This document shows positions 62,831 through 64,000 of a stretch of DNA of 64,000 bases, in pieces (within the stretch, counting starts at the first letter, position 1; each line of letters starts with the position of its first letter). Both the position numbers and the translations under genes were made by a program. A model generated the notes under the pieces. That model made no database searches. It saw only the letters and a program-made list of their open reading frames with translations, and had not been told where the DNA came from. The DNA comes from Callorhinchus milii. Taxonomy: Eukaryota. The stretch lies in the NCBI RefSeq assembly GCF_018977255.1, contig NW_024704742.1, positions 124,560,001 through 124,624,000 on the forward strand. Direction: 5' to 3'.

Positions 62831-64000
62831 GATATAATGTTCTCTGTAGAACATTTATCCTGGTATTACCCTGCAAGAAAATCTCTCCTCTGGAGTTGCC
62901 TGTCATGAGATAGATGCTATAAAAAAATCTGTCTCTCCTTCTCTTCCTGTCATATGCAGCTGACCTACCGTGAATGACAAAGTGCAGAACATTTTGCAGT
63001 GGTAGTGAACTAACCATATGACCAAAAACAAAGCAGAACCTATAAATTCTTAGAAGAGCTTTGAAAAAGAGAAATTGTGAAAGGCATGAAATGCAAACGA
63101 GAGAATAATATTAATAATAATAATCCTTGCATTGGATATAGTGTCATTTGTGGCAAGAAGACGTCTCAAAGAGCTTCACAGGATATACTGTAAAGTGGAC
63201 TTGATAGGCAGAATGGGCTGTTTCTGTGGAGTAGGATTCAGTGAAGAACTTTAGAAAATAAAACACAATAACTGGATAGTGTGCTCCCGTGCTGAAACAG
63301 CATTGAACGATACACCCATTTTTAGATGGTGCTTTGTTTGGTAGAACTCCTTGATTGTGGCACTCAGCTCCGATATTGTATTTTTAAAGTCACGATATTG
63401 TGCATGAAAATAAGAAGATAATAGGAACACATCTTAATTTCTGTTTCTCAAGCATTATCCTCTTTGTAAATTACAAATCCATAATGCATTCAGCTGAGGG
63501 AGGAATTGCTATTTGAAGGAATAAAATGTTTTGCTTTTCAACGCACGTGTGATTCTGATCCATTTTTATAATTAAATCTTGCCTTTGATGTGCTAAAATT
63601 GTTTTTTTAAAAAAACGTTTGATTACAATTCCCACAGCCTTAAATTAAATTCATCCACCATTGACATTCTGCGCAATTCCATTTACTTCATTTTTAAACA
63701 TTTTAATAAGCTCACGAATAGCAGAAAGCTTGTCAGATTATTATTGAACCAAGAACAAGCAAGATATAAAATGAACAAATGCAAATATGTAATGAAATAG
63801 GCTCCTAAAGACCAACAGATACAAAATAAATTTGATTTAGTGAAACAAATCAAATGCATTCATTACAGATTTATTGACCAAAACTATCAATGGTCCATTC
63901 ATCCGAACCCCATCTGCTTCTTTCAGATCACATGCTCTTACTTCTACAGGCCAAATACTAAACCCAGTAAATCTTTGATCCATGGGACTGTAATAGTTAT

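Noticed and set aside
57375..64000. Searched for the next MOCS2B exon (GTTRxxFxGKKV..LEYEAY) and a channel 5' UTR exon
   Set aside because: No convincing match; ORFs 58291-58524 and 59831-60043 show no MoaE similarity

Overview
Eukaryotic vertebrate genomic DNA, most likely a cartilaginous fish; this is inferred from the abundant tRNA-headed and Deu-domain SINEs plus L2 and CR1 LINEs. It holds two interleaved genes. (1) Minus strand: 19 hand-spliced exons (55956 to 5700; 3333 nt, 1111 codons, all phases compatible, no stops) encode a four-domain voltage-gated sodium-channel alpha subunit from the N-terminus to domain III S4. Its motifs ([33 protein letters not shown]...SLFLF, RAISRW) match the Nav2/DSC1/BSC1 clade rather than vertebrate Nav1 (SCN1A-11A). 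It has a U12-type AT-AC intron and altered S4 charge counts. The domain III/IV pore exons were not found in the window, so the full selectivity filter cannot be read. (2) Plus strand: the bicistronic MOCS2 gene, with a complete 86-aa MOCS2A ending in Gly-Gly and the first coding exon of MOCS2B. Its CpG-island promoter and first two exons lie inside channel intron 1. The most striking observation is that MOCS2 exon 3 (55638-55784) lies wholly antisense within the predicted first coding exon of the channel (55627-55956), in exact codon register, so about 127 nt appear to code on both strands. Exon calls come from manual translation and splice-site inspection, with no transcript evidence. Repeat coordinates are approximate.
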